A stretch of 38,866 bases of DNA from a virus. The notes beneath the pieces are model-generated. The model had not been told where the DNA came from. It worked only from the letters and a program-made list of their open reading frames with translations, and did no database searches. Both the position numbers and the translations under genes were made by a program. The DNA is taken from positions 1 to 38,866 of IMG/VR virus record IMGVR_UViG_3300011158_000001; one strand, given 5' to 3'. Shown one piece after another: positions 7,929-15,821 of this stretch. Position 1 is the first letter of the stretch, and each line of letters opens with the position of its first letter.

Positions 7929-8660
7929 ATGACGGACCTGATGATCGACGAGGCCGACCACTGGGTAGTAAAGGGCAACGCTCTGTTAGAGGCGGCATAC
8001 AAGATGACGCTCCAGGAGAAGCGCTTGCTTTTGCTGGCCATCTCCAAAATCGACTCTCGTAAGCCAATCCCTGAGCCGATTCGTATCTATGCGCATGAGT
8101 TTGCCCAGGCATACAACCTGCCGGGAAAATGGGCCTATGAGGCTATCAAGGAAGCAACAGAAAGCCTGTACCACTGCACGATCAAGATCCCAGAAGTAGC
8201 AAACAGCCCCGAGGACGAATACCGCTGGATTTGGCGTAAGAGCACGACCAAATATGATGGCTTCGTTGAGCTGTACTTCACGCCAGTGGTTGCACCCTAC
8301 CTATCTGAACTGACAGGCGATTTCACGCGCTACAAGCTGATGCGTGTGGCTAACCTAACCTCAGTCCATAGCGTGCGGCTATTCGAGATGTTCATGCGCT
8401 ATGAGGTCGAGGGTTTCGGCTACTGGATCGTCAAGCTGGACGATTTCCGCGAGCGCCTTGGCCTGGGCAAAGCGTACGAGCGTATGAGCAATCTACGGAC
8501 GCGCGTGCTGGATCCGGTAAAGAACGAGCTACCCGAGAAGGCCAATATGGTGATGGACTATGAAATCATCAAAAAGGGCAGGGTACCCGACCGGTTGAAG
8601 TTTACGTTTTACTCAACGACAGACGCTGAAGCGCTGCCCATATCATCCGATCGAGGATAG
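7929..8660 (+). CDS. Iteron-binding replication initiator (Rep_3 family)
   Basis: VVKGNALLEAAYKMTLQEKRLLLLAISKID is the Rep_3 N-terminal signature. 243 aa, with iterons directly upstream. Confidence 0.9.
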   Translation: MTDLMIDEADHWVVKGNALLEAAYKMTLQEKRLLLLAISKIDSRKPIPEPIRIYAHEFAQAYNLPGKWAYEAIKEATESLYHCTIKIPEVANSPEDEYRWIWRKSTTKYDGFVELYFTPVVAPYLSELTGDFTRYKLMRVANLTSVHSVRLFEMFMRYEVEGFGYWIVKLDDFRERLGLGKAYERMSNLRTRVLDPVKNELPEKANMVMDYEIIKKGRVPDRLKFTFYSTTDAEALPISSDRG

Positions 8661-8668
8661 AAGAGACC

Positions 8669-8935
8669 ATGCTAATAGTTCGCTTAAAAAACGGTGTTAC
8701 CTTAAATTTTGAGCGATCTATCGGCAATGCAGGAAAGCATGGTATCTGGGAGTTTCACCGTGCGGCTAACTCTTACATGCGGCCGCCGAACTACACGCCT
8801 TTCCGGCATGCCGCGATACTTCCATCAGACCCCAGTCCTAACCAGACTGTAAGCGTAGCAATCTGTGCTCCGGGGATGCCTGAGTCAGACTGGATTCCCG
8901 TAGGCGAGGGGACCGCTACGCATGAGGAATGGTAG
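8669..8935 (+). CDS. Hypothetical protein
   Basis: 88-aa ORF 9 nt after rep. No motif recognised. Confidence 0.4.
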   Translation: MLIVRLKNGVTLNFERSIGNAGKHGIWEFHRAANSYMRPPNYTPFRHAAILPSDPSPNQTVSVAICAPGMPESDWIPVGEGTATHEEW

Positions 8936-9039
8936 CGGCGTTCTTCGCATAACATCCATTGTGTTAAATGACCGCTATCGGCCATAAGCGGACCGTCAGA
9001 ATCATCAAAAAACCTAGATCAGCGTATGGCAAACTGTCG

Positions 9040-9356
9040 TAATTCTCTCGCCAGCCCCTAAGGCGAGGCCTCCAGTCGCTTTGTTTGGCGACAAGGTAAG
9101 CGCAGTTTACCGCGTCAAAACCCTTACCAGCGCTCGGCGATAGCGCCTGAAGGATGTCCCGGAGAATATGCTGGAGGCGTTGACCGCGATTCAGTGCCGT
9201 GATATCTAATTACCATCGGGTTTGGGGCACAATTTAACTTTCCACTGACTATATGCGGTGGCCACTGCAAGGGTAGCTTTGCCTGATCGCGCTATACGGT
9301 TACGTTACTGATGGCGACGGTAAAAGAGAAAATAGCCCCAAAGCCCGGTACTACGA
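9040..9356 (+). ncRNA. Candidate retron msr-msd template region (boundaries not resolved)
   Basis: ORF-free DNA directly upstream of a retron-type RT. Inverted repeats gcctccag/ctggaggc (9068..9075 / 9171..9178) enclose three small hairpins. Imperfect 16-18 nt repeat taccatcgggtttggggc / gccccaaagcccggta (9211..9228 / 9335..9350). No long msd-like hairpin or clear branching G could be identified by eye. Confidence 0.3.
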
Positions 9357-11153
9357 ATGGATATCGACGAGGATTTCAAGGATTTATTTGGCCCGGGTTT
9401 CAAGAGCCTCGATGGGTTCTGCCAGCTATTAGAAGTTGATAGAGACAAACTACTCAACTTCCTTTACAACAGGAAAGGCAGCCATTACGTTAGCTTTCTC
9501 ATCTTAAAGAAAAACAAAACCCATCGCTGCATTAAAGCACCCATACGGGTAATGAAGAAAATTCAGCATGCGCTTTTGCCGCATCTCGAAAAATTCTATT
9601 CCCCCAAGCCTTCCAGTCATGGCTTCGTCAAGGGAAGGAACGTCAAGACAAATGCTCAAATCCATTCCGGAAAGAGATATGTGTTCAACATTGATCTGAA
9701 GGATTTTTTCGAAAGCATCCATTTTGGGCGAGTCAGAAATTTATTCATGGCCCCCCCATTTAGTGCACCCTACAATGTTGCGACTGTTATGGCGCATATT
9801 TGTTGCAGCGACGGAAAATTAGCTCAAGGCTCCCCAACCTCACCGCTAATATCGAACATGATTTGCCGGAAGCTAGACTCACAAATTCAGGCCCTAGCAA
9901 AATCAAGTAAATGTCATTTTACACGGTACGCTGACGACATTACGTTTTCCTTTACCTGTACTGAAAAATACTTACCGAAAGATATTGTCGAAGTCTCCGA
10001 GGACGGCAGAGCGATACCTGGGTGCGTACTGGAGGAGATCATCAAATCCAATGGTTTCATCATAAACTCCGAAAAAACGCGTCTTCAGCACCGGACGCAG
10101 CGCCAGATGGTAACGGGCCTGGTCGTCAATGAGATGCCAAACGTAACCAGAGAATTCATCCGTTTAACGAGTTCGATGATCAACGCTCTTAAACGCTACG
10201 GGCCTGAGCTGGCAGAAGCCAAGTATTTGGAAATTCTGAAGAGCGAGAATCAGCCGCTTCAGCCTCGACAAACTCTGCGGGCGAAGGGGAATTCTGGCGA
10301 TTTTTTTATCAAGGTGGTCAAAGGGCGACTGAATTATATTCAAATGATTCGCGGTCGAGGTGACAAGATCTATCGTCGCTTGGCATATGAATTCACAGTA
10401 GCTATAGGCAAAGAGAATCTTGAGTTCAAAAAATCACCTGAAGAGATCTTAGGAAACTCAATTTTTGTCGTTAACAACATCATTGAGGAATCTCAGGGGA
10501 CGGCCTTCCTTCTGGATGGGGTCGGCATCGTTACCAATGAACACGTTGTGACGGGGGTATCTAAAACGATCGCTCGTCACTCCATTTCATTCAAGCGTGC
10601 CGGCGATACGAGAGAGTACTCAGCAGAGCTTATCCTTTCGGACAAAAAAGCAGACTTGGCTATTTTTCATCCCAATGAAGAGTTCCGAAACATACCCGCC
10701 CTGCGCAAGTCCGACAAAACGATTATTCGCCCCACGGATCCAGTTCTATCGATCGGTTTCCCTAAGCATCGAGACGGTACCGCGCACTACATCGCAAAAG
10801 GCCATACTACTCAGCGACGCCGCCAGGTCGACCTAGATCTGTGGTTGGTTGATTTCACGCTGATGGAGGGAAATAGTGGTGGTCCTATGTTCAACGACTC
10901 CATGGAAGTGATCGGTATCACAGCTAGAGGAGCAAGAAATAATATCGATGCAGCGCTTTACGGCTTTATACCACTAGAAAGCTTGAACAGTTTTATAAAC
11001 AGAGCGGACTTTCTACTTCTGAAAAGGTTGTACGACTATCTAGGCAACGGATCACTAAGCCTCCTCCCTAGAGTTCTTGGCAAGGGGCTTTTTAGCAGTA
11101 CCTACCAAATAAAGCTCCATAAGGAACGCCTTCAGCAAGCTAAGGCAGTTTAA
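9357..11153 (+). CDS. Retron-type reverse transcriptase fused to a C-terminal trypsin-like (S1) serine protease
   Basis: RT motifs NAQIH (NAxxH, 9651..9665), YADD (9927..9938) and VTG (10110..10118). Protease triad contexts TNEHVV, DLAIF and GNSGGPMF (Ser codon 10875..10877). 598 aa, with lower GC than the backbone. Confidence 0.9.
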   Translation: MDIDEDFKDLFGPGFKSLDGFCQLLEVDRDKLLNFLYNRKGSHYVSFLILKKNKTHRCIKAPIRVMKKIQHALLPHLEKFYSPKPSSHGFVKGRNVKTNAQIHSGKRYVFNIDLKDFFESIHFGRVRNLFMAPPFSAPYNVATVMAHICCSDGKLAQGSPTSPLISNMICRKLDSQIQALAKSSKCHFTRYADDITFSFTCTEKYLPKDIVEVSEDGRAIPGCVLEEIIKSNGFIINSEKTRLQHRTQRQMVTGLVVNEMPNVTREFIRLTSSMINALKRYGPELAEAKYLEILKSENQPLQPRQTLRAKGNSGDFFIKVVKGRLNYIQMIRGRGDKIYRRLAYEFTVAIGKENLEFKKSPEEILGNSIFVVNNIIEESQGTAFLLDGVGIVTNEHVVTGVSKTIARHSISFKRAGDTREYSAELILSDKKADLAIFHPNEEFRNIPALRKSDKTIIRPTDPVLSIGFPKHRDGTAHYIAKGHTTQRRRQVDLDLWLVDFTLMEGNSGGPMFNDSMEVIGITARGARNNIDAALYGFIPLESLNSFINRADFLLLKRLYDYLGNGSLSLLPRVLGKGLFSSTYQIKLHKERLQQAKAV

Positions 11154-11501
11154 TGAATGATCAAAGTACAATGGCTAGTTTGCCTCGCCCCAAGCGACTT
11201 AACATCCATTCTTCTGTTTGGCACACAATCACACATAAGTCACAATACTCCTGCGTCGAGAGCTGCCCGGGTACGCCATGAGAATCATGGGTAAGATGAG
11301 TCGAGTCGGGACGCATCAGCGCGACCTTGTACCTGACAGCCATCGACATGCATGGTGTGAGCTACTCGCTTCGTTGATGCCTGCAAACTATAGTCGTCTT
11401 ATAAACGCGGCAGAAGAGTCCGCCTTTGGTCGATAGCTGTCATTTAATGTGGGTAGTTACTGGGTCGCTACAGGACGCCTACGCACAACACCCAATATAT
11501 A

Positions 11502-11523
11502 AAAGCCTCGATCAGAGGGCTTT
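11502..11523. terminator. Candidate bidirectional terminator hairpin
   Basis: aagcctc-gatca-gagggctt (one bulge), with T-rich runs on both strands. Lies just 3' of the recombinase gene. Confidence 0.4.
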
Positions 11524-11529
11524 CTGCTT

Positions 11530-12180
11530 CTACAAAATAGAAAGCTGGTCATCCGACTGCATTAGCGCAGCCGTCTCTCGTTTGAACCGGGACACTGTAC
11601 TGGTCGAGCAGCCGAGTAGATCCGCCGTCTTACGAACAGAGAAGCCTTTAGCCAAACATTCCTGAATCCTGCGCCGTTGCTCTTGGTCGGTTTGCCGACC
11701 CCGGTACAAGCCTGTGCTTTTGGCTTTTTCGATGCCTTGTATTTGCCGCTCGCGCCGTATGTCGTAGTCCTTGCGCGCAAATGCGGCCATGAATTCCAGA
11801 AACATCTGGCTGATCGCTTTAAGCATCCACTCTTGAATGCTGTCTTCGCCCGTAGGTTTGAGTACAGCATGTGTGATGGGCAGATCGAGCGCGACGACCT
11901 GAAGACCTGCCGCTGCGATCTGGTTACGCAACTGCTCCCAGGCCGATCTGGGGAGGCGGGTCAGACGGTCGACTGATTCGACTAGGAGCACATCGCCAGG
12001 TGAAGCGTCAGCAAGTAGCCGCAGCAGCTCGGAGCGGTCCACTGTCGTGCCCGAGGCATTCTCAATATAGAAGGCAGCGATACGGACACTTTGATCGGCT
12101 GCGAAGGATTGAAGCGTCTTTCGAGCCCGGTTGGCGTCCTGGTCGTCAGTGCTGGCTCGAAGGTAGGCGCGAATGAACAT
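11530..12180 (-). CDS. Small serine recombinase (resolvase/invertase family)
   Basis: N-terminal MFIRAYLRASTDDQ (catalytic Ser context), ..VESVDRLTR.., and a C-terminal HTH (SVRKTADLLGCSTSTVSR). 216 aa. Confidence 0.9.
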   Translation of the reverse strand: MFIRAYLRASTDDQDANRARKTLQSFAADQSVRIAAFYIENASGTTVDRSELLRLLADASPGDVLLVESVDRLTRLPRSAWEQLRNQIAAAGLQVVALDLPITHAVLKPTGEDSIQEWMLKAISQMFLEFMAAFARKDYDIRRERQIQGIEKAKSTGLYRGRQTDQEQRRRIQECLAKGFSVRKTADLLGCSTSTVSRFKRETAALMQSDDQLSIL

Positions 12181-12190
12181 TTATGGCCTC

Positions 12191-12322
12191 AGGTGTAGTC
12201 GTTAGGTGTAGCGAATTATAGGTGTAGTCGTATAAGTCCTTTTACCTATTTATCGCTACACCTGAAAGGCCTGTTTTGGGTGTAGTCGCTGGGGTATACC
12301 TTACTGACTACAAAAATAGTCG
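12191..12322. repeat. Array of GGTGTAGTCG-type 10-mers (candidate res/operator sites)
   Basis: aggtgtagtcg 12191..12201, aggtgtagcg 12204..12213, aggtgtagtcg 12220..12230, inverted cgctacacct 12254..12263, gggtgtagtcg 12278..12288, gactac..tagtcg 12306..12322. All lie between the recombinase start and the next gene. Confidence 0.6.
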
Positions 12323-12341
12323 TAATTTTAAGGAGATTTTG

Positions 12342-12917
12342 ATGAGACAATTTGATCAGCAATCGGAGATGGATGAGGAGCTACAAGCTTTTTTGTGCGC
12401 CCAACGTGCGGAATTCGAAGAGCGTACTTACTGGGTAAATCACTCATTAGGTGCTGAGAGCCATTGGTTATTTGAGCAGGCATACGAGGCGTTAAAACAC
12501 GGATTGTATTTACCAGCGTGTACAGGATTCCTTACGGGAATCGAGGCGTCACTTCGCAATACAATGGCTCAGGTAAACAATCTAGCCCGTGTTGAGAGTG
12601 TGGACGATATATCACTACTAAGTAATGCTCTGCTACGTCAAGCGCGGGCCAACGGTATATCGATTGAAGCATTAATTTTTCCAAAAGAAGAGAACTTCGA
12701 AGACAAGCTAAAAACTCGGCAACAACCCGTCGAGATTGTTAGGGTTCGCCACAATTTTTGCCATGGGAATATCCTTGAGCATGTAAGAACAGCATACGAG
12801 ACACCATTTTTTACACCTGAATGCTGTCGCGAACTTGCTGAAACGCTTCACATGATCTCGCGCAACTGGGTAGCGAGCCTAGGTATATATAGAAAACAGA
12901 TTCTTGGTTTGAAGTAA
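12342..12917 (+). CDS. Hypothetical protein with a possible HEPN-type Rx4H motif
   Basis: ATG 12342 is preceded by aggag (12331..12335). 191 aa, predicted helical. VRVRHNFCHGN has R (12747..12749) and H (12762..12764) spaced as Rx4H in the C-terminal third. Confidence 0.45.
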   Translation: MRQFDQQSEMDEELQAFLCAQRAEFEERTYWVNHSLGAESHWLFEQAYEALKHGLYLPACTGFLTGIEASLRNTMAQVNNLARVESVDDISLLSNALLRQARANGISIEALIFPKEENFEDKLKTRQQPVEIVRVRHNFCHGNILEHVRTAYETPFFTPECCRELAETLHMISRNWVASLGIYRKQILGLK

Positions 12918-13055
12918 CAAACGAGCTGTTTAGAATTTACTCTAGACGAATATGGTATTTTGTAAGGTCTGTTAGTTCTAGTTATCTAAATCTGGATCGC
13001 TCGTCTTTCGAGAGTCAGTCCCGGCAGTGGCAGTTCTGCTTTTGATCATGAATGG

Positions 13056-13391
13056 ATGTTTATGACTATGTACAAAAATGGAATGCGCCCAATTCATCCA
13101 GGAGAGATTCTTCGAGAGGAGTTTCTGAATCCGTCAGATACGTTAACCAAATGTTTTGCTCAGACAGCCTCTATCCCAGAAACCATACTGAACGACATCC
13201 TGTGTGAGCGTCAGGAGATAACATCTGACCTGGCTCTGTTACTCAGTAACGCTTTGGGTACTACAGCTAAGTTCTGGATGAACCTTCAGAGCGCATATGA
13301 CTTACGCTTGGCCGAACTGGCAAAGATGACGACTCATGGCATTCAGACGCAATTCAAGAGGGGCTGGACGAGGCCGAAGCAGGCCAGATAA
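13056..13391 (+). CDS. HigA-like XRE antitoxin/regulator with no adjacent HigB
   Basis: NGMRPIHPGEILREEFLNP and ..LSNALGTTAKFWMNLQSAYDL are the HigA/VapI signature. The upstream gap is too short for a toxin gene, and the C-terminal 20 aa look atypical. Confidence 0.7.
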   Translation: MFMTMYKNGMRPIHPGEILREEFLNPSDTLTKCFAQTASIPETILNDILCERQEITSDLALLLSNALGTTAKFWMNLQSAYDLRLAELAKMTTHGIQTQFKRGWTRPKQAR

Positions 13392-13462
13392 TCGACCTTG
13401 AGGATATCAATTCCAAATGGATAGGCCGTGCAAAAACGCATTTATCCAAACAGAGCTCATAG

Positions 13463-13487
13463 AAAAGCCTCCATTTGGAGGCTTTTT
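13463..13487 (+). terminator. Rho-independent terminator
   Basis: aaagcctcc-attt-ggaggcttt followed by a T-run. Confidence 0.75.
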
Positions 13488-13509
13488 CGTAAAGCAAGCA
13501 GGTAGCCTA

Positions 13510-13647
13510 TCAAGCCTGTAGCGCAGAAATAACGTGGGTTGGGTCTTTCTCAACCTCGAAGATGTGGGAGGGCTCACGCTCCCCCGCAACGATTTCGTTC
13601 ATCTGCTCCATGCTCTTGATCAGATCATCAAAGAGTTCTTTGTCCAT
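13510..13647 (-). pseudogene. 45-codon fragment resembling the N-terminus of an XRE-type antitoxin
   Basis: MDKELFDDLIKSMEQMNEIVAGEREPSHIFEV.. then a stop. The expected HTH domain and a partner toxin are both absent. Below the ORF-track size cut-off. Confidence 0.35.
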
Positions 13648-13697
13648 ATTTTTTGCTTACCAGCCAGCTATCTTAGTATTGTCTACCTTTCTAAGGA

Positions 13698-13737
13698 CAT
13701 GAGAATATTTTAATATATTATATAAATTATTCTCATG
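13698..13737. repeat. Inverted repeat at the edge of the AT-rich TIR island
   Basis: catgagaata (13698..13707) and tattctcatg (13728..13737) around a 20-nt A/T spacer, 30 nt beyond the TIR gene stop. No U-run follows. Confidence 0.6.
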
Positions 13738-13766
13738 GTGCTGTTTATAATTTTTATATATGTTGA

Positions 13767-15206
13767 TTATGGTTGTGTAGCTAATTGTTGGTAACCAATT
13801 AGATTGGCAGGGTTGATAGTTTCAAATTTCCATTTTGGTAAGGATTGTCTGTCTTTTTTATATTCATCCATTAATTTGTCTAGATCTGATGGTTTACTTA
13901 TACCAAGAATTACTTTTGATTTTTCAAAATATGACTTGGATGAAGATCTTGCAAAAACTTCAAAAGCGCTATTGAATCTATCTAAATATAGTAGAGTTTC
14001 TGGAAACCATCGTGAATAAATATCCGTTTGTTTGATTTCGGAACGCATGAATAGAATGAAGTCAGCTTGCATTAAATGCTTAAAATCAATTCCTGACTGT
14101 GCATTCCTTTCTTTGAGTAAGGCTGCACGTAAAGATAGTTTGTTAAGCTTAAGTCTTCTGTTTCTATGATCAAGAACCCCTAGGTGTTCACTGAACGTCT
14201 CGTAGCTAGTCATAAGCTCTTTGTTATAATTTGACTTGCTTGGTGAGTAATACTGCTGTGTTAGAAATTTGTTTAATAGGTCAAACTTTTCATTTTTTGT
14301 GAAGATAGCTACAAGGTATAAGAATAATTCATGAATTATAAATTTAAAATTATCGAAGTCACATTCTTCCCAATAGTTCATGCTTTGGGGTCTATACATA
14401 TAAGGTATTAGTCGCTCGAAAAATCTGTGTAGTTTGAGAATGTTTTCCTCCGTGGGGCTGTATTGTGCTATTGCGATAAAAAGGGAAATAGCTTCGTTTC
14501 TATAAGGAATGAAATCTTCTATATTACTTATTACTAGATCATCAAATTCTTTTTCTGAGTCTTTTATTACTCTAAAGTTTTCGATGTTTTCACTGAACAG
14601 TGTTAAGTATTCATCTAGTGATCCAGATGCAGAAGGCTTATTTTCTTTAATAGCTGATATTGTTCGTTTAAAACTAGCTGTTGTACCAAGAGATACGCTT
14701 TCTGCTTCATCCAAAAAGGATGGTCTTTTGCCAATGTCAGGCCTTTTATGTAAAGGCTTGTTATAAATCCATCTTAATAGTTTTTCAAAGTTTTCTGAAT
14801 ATTTGTCTGATTCGCTTAAATCAATGTATATCCTAGAGTTAAAATAAGTTGGAAGAAAAGCTTTTCCTTGGTTGTCTTTTTCAGTAATTATCGCTACAAA
14901 TTTATCCTGATCTTGTCCTTCGTATATTCTTCTTGAGATTATTTGAGTCTCTGTTCCTACACCGCCAAGACGTCCATCTGCTTTGGCTGCGTATATTTCA
15001 TCACAAATTAAAGCTACTTTTTTAATGTCTGGATCAGTAACCATTTTTTCCATAAAAGCTATAGCGTCATGGCCTTCTTTTAAATCCCATTTGTCAAGAA
15101 TAACGTGCACGCCAGACTCAGATAAGTCGTTGGCTAGATCTATTACCCACTGTTCATGTGATGGGTTTGACCAGCTATATGATATAAATAGTTTTGGATT
15201 TTCCAT
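13767..15206 (-). CDS. TIR-superfamily (SEFIR-like) domain protein with a C-terminal domain of about 330 aa of unknown function
   Basis: Start set at ATG 15206 (MENPKLFISYSWSNPSHEQWVIDLANDL..GVHVILDKWDLKEGHD...GGVGTETQII...KFVAIITEKD). About 30% GC by eye, against about 60% for the backbone. Confidence 0.8.
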   Translation of the reverse strand: MENPKLFISYSWSNPSHEQWVIDLANDLSESGVHVILDKWDLKEGHDAIAFMEKMVTDPDIKKVALICDEIYAAKADGRLGGVGTETQIISRRIYEGQDQDKFVAIITEKDNQGKAFLPTYFNSRIYIDLSESDKYSENFEKLLRWIYNKPLHKRPDIGKRPSFLDEAESVSLGTTASFKRTISAIKENKPSASGSLDEYLTLFSENIENFRVIKDSEKEFDDLVISNIEDFIPYRNEAISLFIAIAQYSPTEENILKLHRFFERLIPYMYRPQSMNYWEECDFDNFKFIIHELFLYLVAIFTKNEKFDLLNKFLTQQYYSPSKSNYNKELMTSYETFSEHLGVLDHRNRRLKLNKLSLRAALLKERNAQSGIDFKHLMQADFILFMRSEIKQTDIYSRWFPETLLYLDRFNSAFEVFARSSSKSYFEKSKVILGISKPSDLDKLMDEYKKDRQSLPKWKFETINPANLIGYQQLATQP

Positions 15207-15255
15207 AGATTTCACTTTTATAAAGGTATGTATAATAAATAAAATAATCCGCATT

Positions 15256-15283
15256 AAAAAGGCCCCTTTGCTGGGGCCTTTTT
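15256..15283 (-). terminator. Rho-independent terminator after hicB
   Basis: aaaaaggcccc-tttgct-ggggccttttt. A/T runs on both sides make it potentially bidirectional. Confidence 0.8.
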
Positions 15284-15706
15284 TTAAGCTGCTTCTACAA
15301 CTACACGGATTCTTTTTCCCAATAGTTCTAAAGCATGTTCGACAGACTCTATTTTTGAATTATGTAGAAAGTCTACTAAACGATCTACCTGCGGCAAGTT
15401 AACGCCTAGTTTGCGGGCTAAGTCTGCTTTGCCCACACCTTGCTCGACCATTGCATTCCATAATGCAATTTTGGCTACTGTTAAAGCCGGTAGCCGAACA
15501 ATATGCTGTCCTTTTTTAGGTTTAGATGCCGCTGGAATTGCTCTTCGTTGAGATACGTAAATTGATAAAGCCGACTCTAGTCCATCTACTGCTTCGAGTA
15601 AGGCTTCAGCCTCATCATCGCCTGCGCTATGCAGCTCTGGTATATCAGGGCTGCTTACCCAGACGCATCCATCTTCGACATGTACGTCTACTGGATACTC
15701 GTTCAT
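15284..15706 (-). CDS. hicB: HicB antitoxin
   Basis: MNEYPVDVHVEDGCVWVSSPDIPELHSAGDDEAEALLEAVDGLESAL plus a C-terminal HTH (KADLARKLGVNLPQVDRL) parallels E. coli HicB. Confidence 0.9.
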   Translation of the reverse strand: MNEYPVDVHVEDGCVWVSSPDIPELHSAGDDEAEALLEAVDGLESALSIYVSQRRAIPAASKPKKGQHIVRLPALTVAKIALWNAMVEQGVGKADLARKLGVNLPQVDRLVDFLHNSKIESVEHALELLGKRIRVVVEAA

Positions 15707-15821
15707 ATGCTACCTGTCTTATTACAAGTTAATCCGTCTCTAAGGACAGTCTTGAGGTCTGTTTACCGCCTCTCCTGGGCGTTTGGTTGTACGGAGTGTG
15801 CGAAGCTCTGAACAACAGGGC

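Noticed and set aside
11161-11349. 62-aa minus-strand ORF in the gap between the RT gene and the recombinase gene
   Set aside because: No ribosome-binding site or motif was seen, and the composition is unremarkable. Left unannotated. The 376-nt gap itself was also scanned as an alternative retron ncRNA site, but only short hairpins were seen (ccatga-gaa-tcatgg at about 11275).
11530-12180. The serine recombinase, considered as the phage integrase
   Set aside because: At 216 aa with a C-terminal HTH it is a resolvase/invertase-size enzyme. It lacks the large C-terminal domain of serine integrases, and no attP-like core could be identified.
13407-13589. 60-aa minus-strand ORF from the track
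   Set aside because: It spans the strong terminator at 13463..13487. The shorter frame 13510..13647, which has antitoxin-like sequence, explains the region better.
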